From an uncultured delta proteobacterium (GTDB lineage Bacteria; Desulfobacterota; Binatia; HRBIN30; BPIQ01), in NCBI GenBank assembly GCA_963761335.1, contig CAVXGR010000012.1:608001-672000 (forward strand): DNA of 64,000 nt. The letters are read 5' to 3'. Made by a program: the position numbers and the translations under genes. Every line of letters starts with the position of its first letter. Within the stretch, counting starts at the first letter, position 1. Positions 29,650 through 38,784 of the stretch are shown here, in pieces. The notes below the pieces were generated by a model that saw nothing but the letters and a program-made list of their open reading frames with translations, was not told where the DNA came from and ran no database searches.

Positions 29650-30684
29650 ATGGCTGCATCGCGGCGCCGGGAGCAGCCCGAATGGGCCCGCTGGCCGGAC
29701 GAGAAATTGCTCGATCTGCGCATCTGCGACCTCGGTCTGCGGATCGAGGGGACGCCGCTCGAGCTGCGCATCGAGCAGCTCCACCGCGAGCTCGAGGCGC
29801 GCGACATCCGCTTCCGCCCGCATTTCTGGCTGTCGAACGACTGGTTCACCCCCGACGGCGTCGCCGGCATCGCCATTCCCTTCTACATGGCCCACCCGCG
29901 CCTGATGCGCCTCGAGCTCACCCAGATGCTCGAGGTCGAGGGCGGCACGCCGGAGTGGTGCATGCGCATCCTGCGGCACGAGACCGGACACGCCCTCGAC
30001 AACGCCTACGGCCTGCGGCGGCGCCGGCGGCGGCAGGAGCTCTTCGGAAAGTCGTCGCTGCCCTACCCGGAGTACTACACGCCGCGGCCGTACAGTAAGA
30101 GCTTCGTGCTGCACCTGGAGCCGTGGTACGCGCAGAGCCATCCGGACGAGGACTTCGCCGAGACCTTCGCCGTGTGGCTGACGCCGCGCTCGGGGTGGCG
30201 GCGCCGCTACGCCGGCTGGCCGGCGCGCAAGAAGCTCGAGTACGTCGACACGCTGCTGCACGAGATCGCGACCGAGAAGCCGCGGCTCAACGGCCGCCAG
30301 CAGGTCGATCCGGTCAAGCGCTTGCGCAAGACCCTGCGGCGCCACTACCGCGAGAAGCGCAAGCGCTACGGCCTCGACTATCCGAACGTCTACGACCGCG
30401 ACCTGCGCCGGCTCTTCTCCGATGCTCCCGAGTATCGCCACAACATGACCGCGGCGCGCTTCGTGGCGCGCCTGCGCCCGCAGGTGCGCCGCACCGTGGC
30501 GCGCTGGACGGGCGAGTACCAGTACACCATCGATCAGGTCCTCGACGACATCATCAGCCGTTGCCGAGAGCTCCGCCTGCGCCTGGTGGCCAGCGAGGAG
30601 GAGACGCGCATCCACTTCAACATTCTCCTCACCGTGCAGACGATGAACTACATGCACGCCGGCCGTCATCGGGTATGGCTATGA
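29650..30684 (+). CDS. Putative zinc-binding metallopeptidase
   Basis: LRHETGHA (HExxH) and YAQSHPDEDFAETFAVWL. Confidence 0.85.
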   Translation: MAASRRREQPEWARWPDEKLLDLRICDLGLRIEGTPLELRIEQLHRELEARDIRFRPHFWLSNDWFTPDGVAGIAIPFYMAHPRLMRLELTQMLEVEGGTPEWCMRILRHETGHALDNAYGLRRRRRRQELFGKSSLPYPEYYTPRPYSKSFVLHLEPWYAQSHPDEDFAETFAVWLTPRSGWRRRYAGWPARKKLEYVDTLLHEIATEKPRLNGRQQVDPVKRLRKTLRRHYREKRKRYGLDYPNVYDRDLRRLFSDAPEYRHNMTAARFVARLRPQVRRTVARWTGEYQYTIDQVLDDIISRCRELRLRLVASEEETRIHFNILLTVQTMNYMHAGRHRVWL

Positions 30685-31697
30685 GAAAGCTCCGCATCCT
30701 GGCGCTCATTCACAAGGAGCTGGTACCGCCGGAAGACATCACCGGCTACGACGTCGCCGAGGTCGACTGGAAGATGGAGTTCGACGTGCTCACCACCCTG
30801 CGGGAGATGGGCCACGAGGTCTTCCCGCTGGGAGTGGCCGACGACATGGGCGTGGTGCGCAAGGCGGTGGACGAATGGAAGCCGCACATCGCCTTCAACC
30901 TGCTCGAGGACGTGCACGACGTTCCCGTCTTCGACCAGAACGTGGTCGCCTATCTGGAGCTGCTGCGCATTCCCTACACCGGCTGCAACCCGCGCGGCCT
31001 CTTGCTGGCCCGCGACAAGGCGCTCTCCAAGCAGATCCTCGGCTACCACCGCATACCGGTGCCGGAGTTCGGCGTCTTCCCCATCGGCCGCAAGGTGCGC
31101 CGCCCCAAGCGCCTCCAGTTCCCGCTGATCGTCAAGTCGCTGACCAAGGAGGCCTCGGCGGGCATCTCCCAGGCCTCGGTGGTCGACACCGACGAGAAGC
31201 TCGAGGAGCGCGTGCACTTCATCCACAACACCATCGGCACGGCCGCCATCGTGGAGCGCTACGTCGACGGCCGCGAGCTCTACGTCGGCATTGCCGGCAA
31301 CCAGCGCACCGTGGTCTTCCCGGTCTGGGAGATGCTGTTCACCAAGATGCCCGAGGAGTCGTGGCACATTGCCACCGACCGGGTGAAGTGGAGCCGCGTC
31401 TATCAGAAGAAGCGCGGTATCAAGACCGACGAGGCCAAGAACCTCCCCGAAGGCGCCGCCGACGCCATCCAGAGACTGTGCAAGCGCGTCTTCCGCGCCC
31501 TCAGCCTGAGCGGCTACGCGCGCATCGACCTGCGCCTGGAGGAGAGCGGCCGGGTGTACGTGCTCGAGGCCAATCCCAACCCGCAGCTCGCCTACGGCGA
31601 GGACTTCGCCGAGTCCGCCGAGCGCGCCGGCATCTCCTACGAGGATCTCCTGCAGCGCATCATCAACTTCGGGCTGCGCTGGCGGCCGGAGCGCTAG
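30681..31697 (+). CDS. D-Ala-D-Ala ligase-like ATP-grasp protein
   Basis: IPYTG, DKALSK, PLIVKS..ASAGI, YARIDLR and LEANPNP; ATGA overlap with the peptidase. Confidence 0.88.
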   Translation: MRKLRILALIHKELVPPEDITGYDVAEVDWKMEFDVLTTLREMGHEVFPLGVADDMGVVRKAVDEWKPHIAFNLLEDVHDVPVFDQNVVAYLELLRIPYTGCNPRGLLLARDKALSKQILGYHRIPVPEFGVFPIGRKVRRPKRLQFPLIVKSLTKEASAGISQASVVDTDEKLEERVHFIHNTIGTAAIVERYVDGRELYVGIAGNQRTVVFPVWEMLFTKMPEESWHIATDRVKWSRVYQKKRGIKTDEAKNLPEGAADAIQRLCKRVFRALSLSGYARIDLRLEESGRVYVLEANPNPQLAYGEDFAESAERAGISYEDLLQRIINFGLRWRPER

Positions 31698-31712
31698 GCG
31701 CTGCGGCGGTCG

Positions 31713-33194
31713 ATGGGCAGCGTGGTCGAGGAAGAGGTCGCCGGGCCGCCGTCGAAGGCGGCGCGCAGCGCCAGCATCGCCCTCGCCCTGCTGCTGGCAG
31801 CGCTGGCGTACACCTTCCCGGTTCCGGGAAGCCCCGAGACGGCGCGGCGCCTGGGCGCCGTCCTGGCCGTGGTCGGCACGCTGTGGATCACCGAGACCAT
31901 ACCGCTGGCGGTCACCGCCCTGATCGGGCCGGCACTGGCGGTGGTGGCCGGCATCGCCACGGTGCGCCAGGCCTTCGCCGCCTTCGGCAACCCGATCCTC
32001 ATGCTGTTCATCGGCAGCTTCCTGCTGGCGCGCGCCACCTTCAAGTATCGCCTGAACGAGCGCATCGCCTACCGGGTGCTGTCGCTGGGGACGCTGCGCA
32101 ACGACCCGACGCGGGCCTTCATCTTCCTCGGCCTGACCACGGCGTTTCTGTCGGCGTGGATGAGCAACACCGCCACCACGGCGATGATGCTGCCGATCGC
32201 CGAGTCGGTGCTTCTGGCCATGGTGCCGCGGCAGGGCGAGGCCATCCCGCGCACCTACGCGGCGGGGATGATGCTCATCGTCGCCTACTCGGCGTCGATC
32301 GGCGGCCTGTTCACGCCCATCGGCACGCCGCCCAACCTGATCGGTCTGGCGCTCATGCAGCAGGCGACCGGCACCCGCATCTCCTTCGTCGCCTGGATCG
32401 GCAAGGTGTTCCCGGTGACCGCGGTGGTGCTGCTGATCATGATCGCCTACTTCGCCTACCTGTTTCGCGACGAGAAGGCGGGGCTCACCTACGACCGCAA
32501 GCAGATGGTCGAGCGCTACGCCGCGCTGGGCCCGTGGCGCCCCGCCGAGAAGCGCGTGACCGTGGCGCTGCTGGTCACCGTGTCCCTCTGGGTGCTGCCG
32601 CCGCTGATCAAGCTGCTGCTCCCGGCGGCCGGCGCCTTTCTCGAGACGCGCCTGCCGGAGTCGGTGGTGCCGCTCCTGGTCGCCGCCACTCTCTTCTGGC
32701 TGCAGCGCCAGCCCGGAGGCGACGGCCAGGCCCTCCTCAGCGTGCGCGACCTCGGCGAGATCGACTGGCCGGTGATCGTCCTCTTCGGTGGCGGCATGTG
32801 CCTCGGCGATCTGATGGTGACCAGCGGCTTCGCCGCCGCCCTCGGCTCGACTCTCGGCGGCATCCTGCCCAGCGGCAACACCCCGCTGCTGGTGCTGGTG
32901 TTCTGCCTGTTCGCCATCGGCGTCTCGGAGACCACCTCGAACACCGCCAGCGCCAACATGGTGATCCCGGTGGTGATGGCGGTGGCGGCGCAGATCGGCG
33001 CCGACCCGCTCAGCCTCGGTCTGGCGGCGACCGTGGCCTGCACCTTCGGCTTCATGCTCCCGGTGTCGACGCCCACCAATGCGATGGCGTACTCCACCGG
33101 CTACGTGACCCAGTCGCAGATGATCCGCTACGGCATCGTCCTCGACGTCATCGGCGCCGCCCTGCTGAGCCTCTGGTTCGGCTGGATCGTCTGA
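31713..33194 (+). CDS. DASS/SLC13 sodium-coupled anion symporter
   Basis: SAWMSNTAT, TPIGTPPN, SNTAS and FMLPVSTPTNA motifs. Confidence 0.92.
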   Translation: MGSVVEEEVAGPPSKAARSASIALALLLAALAYTFPVPGSPETARRLGAVLAVVGTLWITETIPLAVTALIGPALAVVAGIATVRQAFAAFGNPILMLFIGSFLLARATFKYRLNERIAYRVLSLGTLRNDPTRAFIFLGLTTAFLSAWMSNTATTAMMLPIAESVLLAMVPRQGEAIPRTYAAGMMLIVAYSASIGGLFTPIGTPPNLIGLALMQQATGTRISFVAWIGKVFPVTAVVLLIMIAYFAYLFRDEKAGLTYDRKQMVERYAALGPWRPAEKRVTVALLVTVSLWVLPPLIKLLLPAAGAFLETRLPESVVPLLVAATLFWLQRQPGGDGQALLSVRDLGEIDWPVIVLFGGGMCLGDLMVTSGFAAALGSTLGGILPSGNTPLLVLVFCLFAIGVSETTSNTASANMVIPVVMAVAAQIGADPLSLGLAATVACTFGFMLPVSTPTNAMAYSTGYVTQSQMIRYGIVLDVIGAALLSLWFGWIV

Positions 33195-33199
33195 GCGCG

Positions 33200-33249
33200 T
33201 GGGGACAGTGCGTCATGAGCCTGCGGCTCGCCAGCAGACGATGAAAATG
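33200..33249 (+). repeat. 5' part of the ~155-bp dispersed repeat (family C)
   Basis: ggggacagtgcgtcatgagcc..cggctc.cca.cagacgatgaaaatg is also found at 50132 (+) and 62287 (-). Confidence 0.8.
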
Positions 33250-33301
33250 AGGCAGGGGATCTGCGCCGGCAAGAGACTTGGAGGTCCTCGCCCGGCTGAA
33301 G

Positions 33302-33570
33302 TTCGCCCCGGAGGGGCGGTGGCGTGTAGCCCCGGGTGAAACCCGGGGAAGAATGCGCGCTCCGTCAGGCGCGCCCCGCCAGGGGCGCGGGCAAGTTTTC
33401 GTCGATGTCACGCCTGTACGCCGATGCTCACCGCTGGGTGCGTGGGAAGCTCATCGACGTGATTCACGCGGCCTCTACGCCTGCGCCCCTGCGGGGCGCT
33501 GATCTGGGCCAATCGGAACGCGGTCCCCGGGTTAACACCCGGGGCTACATGCCTGCGCCCCTCCGGGGCG
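33302..33570. repeat. GTAG-type REP doublet (REPIN/BIME-like)
   Basis: cgccccggaggggcg..gtagccccgggt..acccgggg and its inverse ccccgggttaacacccggggctac..cgcccctccggggcg. Confidence 0.8.
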
Positions 33571-33765
33571 ATAAGCCTCCACGCCAAGCGCCGGTGCGCT
33601 CCGGCAGACCTTCACCCAATAGATTTTCGAAGCAGGCAACTTTTGCCCGCGACCCCGTCGCCTTGGCGTGAGCCCGATCGGCAAAAGTAGCCTGTCCCCA
33701 TCCGCCACATCCGCCGCACTCCCATCCGTTTGAATCCACCCCTGCTGCCGGCGTAGAAGCGGCGC

Positions 33766-34563
33766 ATGGCAAAGCACGCGGTCGGCAAGCAGGCGCTGGT
33801 GACCGGGGCGTCGTCGGGAATCGGCGAGGCGTTCGCGCGGCGACTGGCGCGCGATGGGCATCACCTGGTCGTGGTGGCGCGCGGCAAGACGCGCCTCGAG
33901 AGCCTGGCGCGGGAGCTCCGCCACCAGCACCACGTCGAGGTGCACGTCGAGGCGGCCGACCTCACCCGCGCCGACGATCTGCAGCGCCTCGCCGAACGCG
34001 TCGCCGCGGCCGACGACCTCGACCTGCTGGTGAACAATGCCGGCTTCGGCACCATCGGCCGTTTCGACACCCTCGACTCCGACACCGAGGAGGAGGAGAT
34101 CCGCCTGAACGTCGTGGCGCTGGTGCGCCTGACGCGCGCGGCGCTGCCGGCCATGCTGGCGCGCGGCCACGGCGCCATCATCAACGTCTCCTCGATGGCG
34201 GCATTCCAGCCGGGTCCCTACATGGCGACCTATGGGGCGACCAAGGCCTTCGTCAACAGCTTCACCGAGGCGGTGTACGAGGAGCTGCGCGGCACCGGGG
34301 TGAAGGTGCAGGCGCTCTGCCCGGGCTTCACCCGCACCGGCTTTCAGGAGCGGGCGCACGCCGACGCCTCCGCCCTGCCCTCCTTCGCGTGGATGACGCC
34401 GGAGCCGGTGGTCGACGCCTCGCTGGCGGCGCTGCAGCGCAATCAGCTGATCTGCGTTCCCGGGCTCGGCAACCAGGTGGTCACCCGACTGGCCGGCGCC
34501 GTGCCGCGCGCCGCCGTGCGCCGCGTCGTCGGCATCTTCGGCAAGCGCTTCAAGCTGGCCTGA
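33766..34563 (+). CDS. Short-chain dehydrogenase/reductase
   Basis: TGASSGIG, NNAG and YGATK catalytic motif. Confidence 0.95.
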   Translation: MAKHAVGKQALVTGASSGIGEAFARRLARDGHHLVVVARGKTRLESLARELRHQHHVEVHVEAADLTRADDLQRLAERVAAADDLDLLVNNAGFGTIGRFDTLDSDTEEEEIRLNVVALVRLTRAALPAMLARGHGAIINVSSMAAFQPGPYMATYGATKAFVNSFTEAVYEELRGTGVKVQALCPGFTRTGFQERAHADASALPSFAWMTPEPVVDASLAALQRNQLICVPGLGNQVVTRLAGAVPRAAVRRVVGIFGKRFKLA

Positions 34564-34600
34564 AGCCCTCGGGAAGCGGGACGCGGGACACCGGAGACGA

Positions 34601-36295
34601 ATGGCGACCGCCCTGCAGCGCGCCTACGAGAACCTGCGCACCGGCGAGGCGGTGGTGCGCGACGTGCAGCGCCTGCGCCAGATCCTCACGGTGCTGGCGC
34701 GGCACGGCTTCGGCGCGCTGGTGCAGCGGCTCGACCGCGATGACCGCTGGCTGCTCAAGAAGATCCGCGAGCACCGCGCCACCGAGCTCGAGCACCTGCC
34801 CATGGAGCGCCGCCTGCTGCTGGCGATCCACGATCTCGGGCCGACCTTCGTCAAGCTCGGCCAGATCCTCTCCACCCGCGCCGACCTCCTGCCGCCGCCG
34901 CTGATCGCCGAGCTGCGCACCCTCCAGGATGCGGTGCCACCGTTCCCCACCGAGAGCGTGCGCGCCATCATCCGCGCCGAGCTCGGCGCCGAGGTCGAGG
35001 ACCTGTTCGCCGCCTTCGAGGCCGAGCCCCTGGCCAGCGCCTCGATCGCCCAGGTGCACCGCGCCCGGCTGAAGGACGGCGCCGAGGTGGTGGTCAAGGT
35101 GCAGCGGCCCGACCTCAAGCAGCGCATCGAGGCCGATCTCGAGATCATGGGGTTTCTGGCGCGGGCGCTGGAAGCCAACTTCCCCGACATGCGGCTCTAC
35201 TCCCCGGCGGGCATCGTCGCCGCCTTCGACGAAGCCATCCGCCGCGAGATCGACTTCACCAACGAGCTGGAGCACATCCAGCGTTTTCGCAGCAACTTCC
35301 GCGACCGTCCGGGGGTGCACTTCCCGGAGGCGCACAAGCCGCTGTGCACGGCGCGCGTGCTCACCATGGAGTACATCGCCGGCACCAAGATCACCGCCAT
35401 CGACCCCGAGCGCGTCGACGTGGAGCGGGTCGTGCGCACGGCGCTCGACGTGGTTCTGCAGATGATCTTCGCCGACGGCTTCTTTCACGGCGATCTGCAC
35501 CCGGGAAACCTGCTGGTGCGCGACGACGGCGTCCTCTGCTTCATCGATTTCGGGCTCTGCGGCCGCCTGACGGCGCGCCAGCGCGACCGCCTGGTGGACA
35601 TGCTCATCGGTCTGGTGCGCGAGGACTTCGCGGCGGTGGCCCGGCTCTACTGGCGCATCGGCGTGCACGGACCCGACTCGACGCGCGACTACGAGGTCTT
35701 CGAGTCCGACGTCGTCGAGTGCCTCGAGCGGCAGTTCGCCGGCAAGACGGTGGAGGAGATCGAGGTCAGCCGCTTCTTCCGCGACCTGGTGGGGCTCGCC
35801 CTCAAGCATCGCGTGCAGATGCCGCCCGACTACGCCATGACCTTCAAGGCGATCGTCACCGTCGAGGGCGTCGGCAAGGAGCTGATGCCCGACGCCGATC
35901 TGATGTCGGCGGTGCGGCCCTACGTCACCACCCTGATCGCCGAGCGCTACAGCCCGCGCCGCCTGCTCCAGGAGGCCTACGAGGCGCTGCGCGAGCTCTC
36001 CGAGACGGCGCAGAACCTCCCCGAGCTTTCGCGCGGCATCCTCGAGGACCTGCACGCCGGCCGCACCCGGGTGAACGTCGACATCGGCCAGCTGCCGGAG
36101 CTGCGCCGCGCCTACGCCGCCGTCCACAAGCGCAACACCCTCGCCCTGCTCACCGCCACCAGCGCCATCTGCGGCACCCTGGCCCTCGACTTCACCGCCC
36201 ACACCGTGCTCGGATTCCCGGCGGTGTCGTTCTGGTTCTACCTGGCTGCCGCCGTCCTCGGCGGCTGGTTTCTCACCGCCCTCGTCGGCGGCTGA
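34601..36295 (+). CDS. ABC1/UbiB (AarF) family atypical kinase
   Basis: LGPTFVKLGQ, ASASIAQVH, VVKVQRP, HGDLHPGN and DFG; C-terminal TMs. Confidence 0.93.
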   Translation: MATALQRAYENLRTGEAVVRDVQRLRQILTVLARHGFGALVQRLDRDDRWLLKKIREHRATELEHLPMERRLLLAIHDLGPTFVKLGQILSTRADLLPPPLIAELRTLQDAVPPFPTESVRAIIRAELGAEVEDLFAAFEAEPLASASIAQVHRARLKDGAEVVVKVQRPDLKQRIEADLEIMGFLARALEANFPDMRLYSPAGIVAAFDEAIRREIDFTNELEHIQRFRSNFRDRPGVHFPEAHKPLCTARVLTMEYIAGTKITAIDPERVDVERVVRTALDVVLQMIFADGFFHGDLHPGNLLVRDDGVLCFIDFGLCGRLTARQRDRLVDMLIGLVREDFAAVARLYWRIGVHGPDSTRDYEVFESDVVECLERQFAGKTVEEIEVSRFFRDLVGLALKHRVQMPPDYAMTFKAIVTVEGVGKELMPDADLMSAVRPYVTTLIAERYSPRRLLQEAYEALRELSETAQNLPELSRGILEDLHAGRTRVNVDIGQLPELRRAYAAVHKRNTLALLTATSAICGTLALDFTAHTVLGFPAVSFWFYLAAAVLGGWFLTALVGG

Positions 36296-36310
36296 TGGCG
36301 GACAGAGAAG

Positions 36311-36575
36311 TTCGCCCCGGAGGGGCGTTGGCGTGTAGCCCCGGGTGCAACCCGGGGAAATCGCGGCGCCATCGCCTCATGCGCCCCTTCAGGGGCGCGG
36401 GCAATGGCCCGCTTCGACTGCGAGAGTAGCGATTCGTCAGAAACCGTCTCCAACACCGAACCCCGAATATTGCAGGCGCTACACGCCCGCGCCCCTCCGG
36501 GGCGCTGATCTGGGCTAGCAAAACCGTGGCCCCCGGGTTGCACCCGGGGCTACATGCCACCGCCCCTCCGGGGCG
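36311..36575. repeat. GTAG-type REP doublet (REPIN/BIME-like)
   Basis: Same outer inverted arms as 33302-33570 and the interiors of MITE A. Confidence 0.8.
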
Positions 36576-36826
36576 ACAAGGTCCAAACCCCAGGCCCCTG
36601 TGGATCCTCGGCGACATGGACGTCGAATCCGGGACCGGGGGTTGAAGACCCCCGGCTAACATCGCGGGAGTGCAAAGGGAACAGCGCCCACCTGTCAGCC
36701 GATCCCCCGCCGAGCGACGCCAGCCCGAGCACGCCCAACCCCGATAACGGTACACCCTATGAGCAAACTATCGTGCAAAGCGCCGGGACGGCGCTTCTAC
36801 TCTGCGAGCCCGAAAGCCCCAGTCCC

Positions 36827-37321
36827 TCAGGTGCCGCTGGTCGGATTCTCGGCCGGCGTCTTCTCGGGGGTCTTGTCCGCCTTCTTCTCCGCGTCGCAGT
36901 CGCCCAGCCGCCGGCCGCTCATCGACCACAGCATGCTCAGCGGCTTCCCCTGGACCTGCATCTTCAGGTCCCAGGTGCCGTGCATGGTGTTGCCGCTGTA
37001 GGTCATCTCACCCTGCGCCCGAGACGGCTCGCCGCCGTTGCCATTCGGGCACTCCATCGTCCACTTCACGCCGTTCTCGGTGACCGACTTGCTCTTGATC
37101 TGGCAGTGCTTGTCGCCCTCGCGAGCGATCTTGGGGATGAAGTCCTCCTCGTGCACGCACTGCGTGAAGGTCCGCTTCTGCGGCTGCGGAAACATCGGTG
37201 CCGTGGTCGTCGTGGTGATCTCCCACTTGCCCGGCTTGAATCCGGAATCGGCGGCGAAGGCACCACCGGCGATCAAGAGGAACACGGCGGCGGTGAGCGG
37301 CACTCTCGCAAATCGGAACAT
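36827..37321 (-). CDS. DUF3617-like exported protein
   Basis: Signal peptide, KPGKWEITT, conserved-looking Cys pattern and GRRLGDC; AGGAGG RBS. Confidence 0.8.
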   Translation of the reverse strand: MFRFARVPLTAAVFLLIAGGAFAADSGFKPGKWEITTTTTAPMFPQPQKRTFTQCVHEEDFIPKIAREGDKHCQIKSKSVTENGVKWTMECPNGNGGEPSRAQGEMTYSGNTMHGTWDLKMQVQGKPLSMLWSMSGRRLGDCDAEKKADKTPEKTPAENPTSGT

Positions 37322-37393
37322 GGATCTCCTCCTTCGGGCAGGGCGAAACGTCGCCGACTCTGCCGAAGATCGGCGCCGCTTGCAACGCCGGAA

Positions 37394-37615
37394 GGAAGAA
37401 GAGAATGTAGAATGGAGAACCGGTGACCGGGGATGGAGAACCGGCAAATGATGCTGGCGTTGCGGACGGTAGGGTGAGGTCGCCGATCTCCTTGAATGCC
37501 GCGAGGTCCGTCAGGCAAACCACGTCACGCGCCCAACCACTCGTTTGCCCGAGCCCAGTATCATTCACCGGTTCTCCATCCCCGGTCACCGGTTCTCCAT
37601 TTTACATTTTCTTCC
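37394..37615. repeat. Inverted cassette with ~43-bp arms of 7-nt periodicity
   Basis: aatgtagaatggagaaccggtgaccggggatggagaaccgg ... ccggttctccatccccggtcaccggttctccattttacatt. Confidence 0.85.
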
Positions 37616-37663
37616 CCCGCCGAAGGGGTGGTCACAGCCGTGGCCGTCTGCCAGAAAAGATCC

Positions 37664-38758
37664 ATGATCGGCTTCGAACCGAGCGAAGAGCAGCAGGTGG
37701 CGCGCCAGGCCATGGCGCAGTTCGCCGCCGAGGTGATGCGGCCGCTGGCGCGCCAGTGTGACGAGGCCTCCGCCATTCCCGACTCGTTCCTGGCGCAGGC
37801 GTGGGATCTGGGAATCGCGGCGACGCAGATCCCCGAGGCGTACGGCGGCTACGGCGCGGCGCGCTCGCCGATCACCAACGCCCTGCTGCTCGAGGAGCTC
37901 GCCCACGGCGACGCCACCCTGGCGCTGGCGGCCTTCGCCCCGACCCTGTTTGCCGCCGCCGTTCTCGACCAGGGGAGCGAGGCGCAGAAGCGCGCCTATC
38001 TGCCCGCCTTCGCCGGCGACCGCTATCATACCGGCGGGCTCGCGGTCGCCGAGCCGACTCCCGCATTCGACGCCCTCGAGCCCCGCACCGGCGCCGCGAA
38101 ACGCGGCGGCGGCTTCGTCCTCTCGGGCGAGAAGTGCTGGGTGCCGATGGGCGATCGCGCCGCGCATTTTCTCGTCGTCGCCCGCAGCGACGACGGCCTC
38201 GACGCCTTCATCGTCGGGCGCCATGCCGCGGGGCTCCAGGTGCGCGCCCCGGAGAAGAACCTCGGCCTGCGCGCCCTGCCGACGGCGGCGCTGCGGCTGG
38301 ACGGGGTCGAGGTGGCGGCCGAGGATCGCCTCGGCGGCGGAGCCCGCGCCGACGTGGCGCGGCTGCTGCAGCACGGCCGCGTCGCCCTGGCGGCGGTGAT
38401 GACCGGCTTGTCGCGCGCCGTCCTCGACTACTGCATCCCCTACGCCAAGGAGCGCGTCGCCTTCGACGAGCCCATCGCCCGCAAGCAATCGATCGCCTTC
38501 CGCCTCGCCGAGATGCACATCGAGACCGAGTGCTCGCGCTGGCTCGCCTGGAAGGCCGCCGGCGATCTCGAGCACGGGCGCCCGGCGGCGCGCAGCGCCC
38601 ACTTGGCGCGCGCCTACGCCGCCGAGAAGTCGGTATGGATCGCCGACAACGGCGTGCAGGTGCTCGGCGGCCACGGCTACATCCGCGAGCACCCGGTGGA
38701 GATGTGGTACCGCAACGCCCGCACCCTCGGTGTCCTCGAGGGCATGGCGTCGGTCTGA
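37664..38758 (+). CDS. Acyl-CoA dehydrogenase (FadE24-like subunit)
   Basis: EELAHGD, ERVAFDEPIA.KQSIAF and VQVLGGHGYIREHPVEMWYR. Confidence 0.9.
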   Translation: MIGFEPSEEQQVARQAMAQFAAEVMRPLARQCDEASAIPDSFLAQAWDLGIAATQIPEAYGGYGAARSPITNALLLEELAHGDATLALAAFAPTLFAAAVLDQGSEAQKRAYLPAFAGDRYHTGGLAVAEPTPAFDALEPRTGAAKRGGGFVLSGEKCWVPMGDRAAHFLVVARSDDGLDAFIVGRHAAGLQVRAPEKNLGLRALPTAALRLDGVEVAAEDRLGGGARADVARLLQHGRVALAAVMTGLSRAVLDYCIPYAKERVAFDEPIARKQSIAFRLAEMHIETECSRWLAWKAAGDLEHGRPAARSAHLARAYAAEKSVWIADNGVQVLGGHGYIREHPVEMWYRNARTLGVLEGMASV

Positions 38759-38784
38759 GCCGCGAAGGAGAAGAGGAGTCTGCC

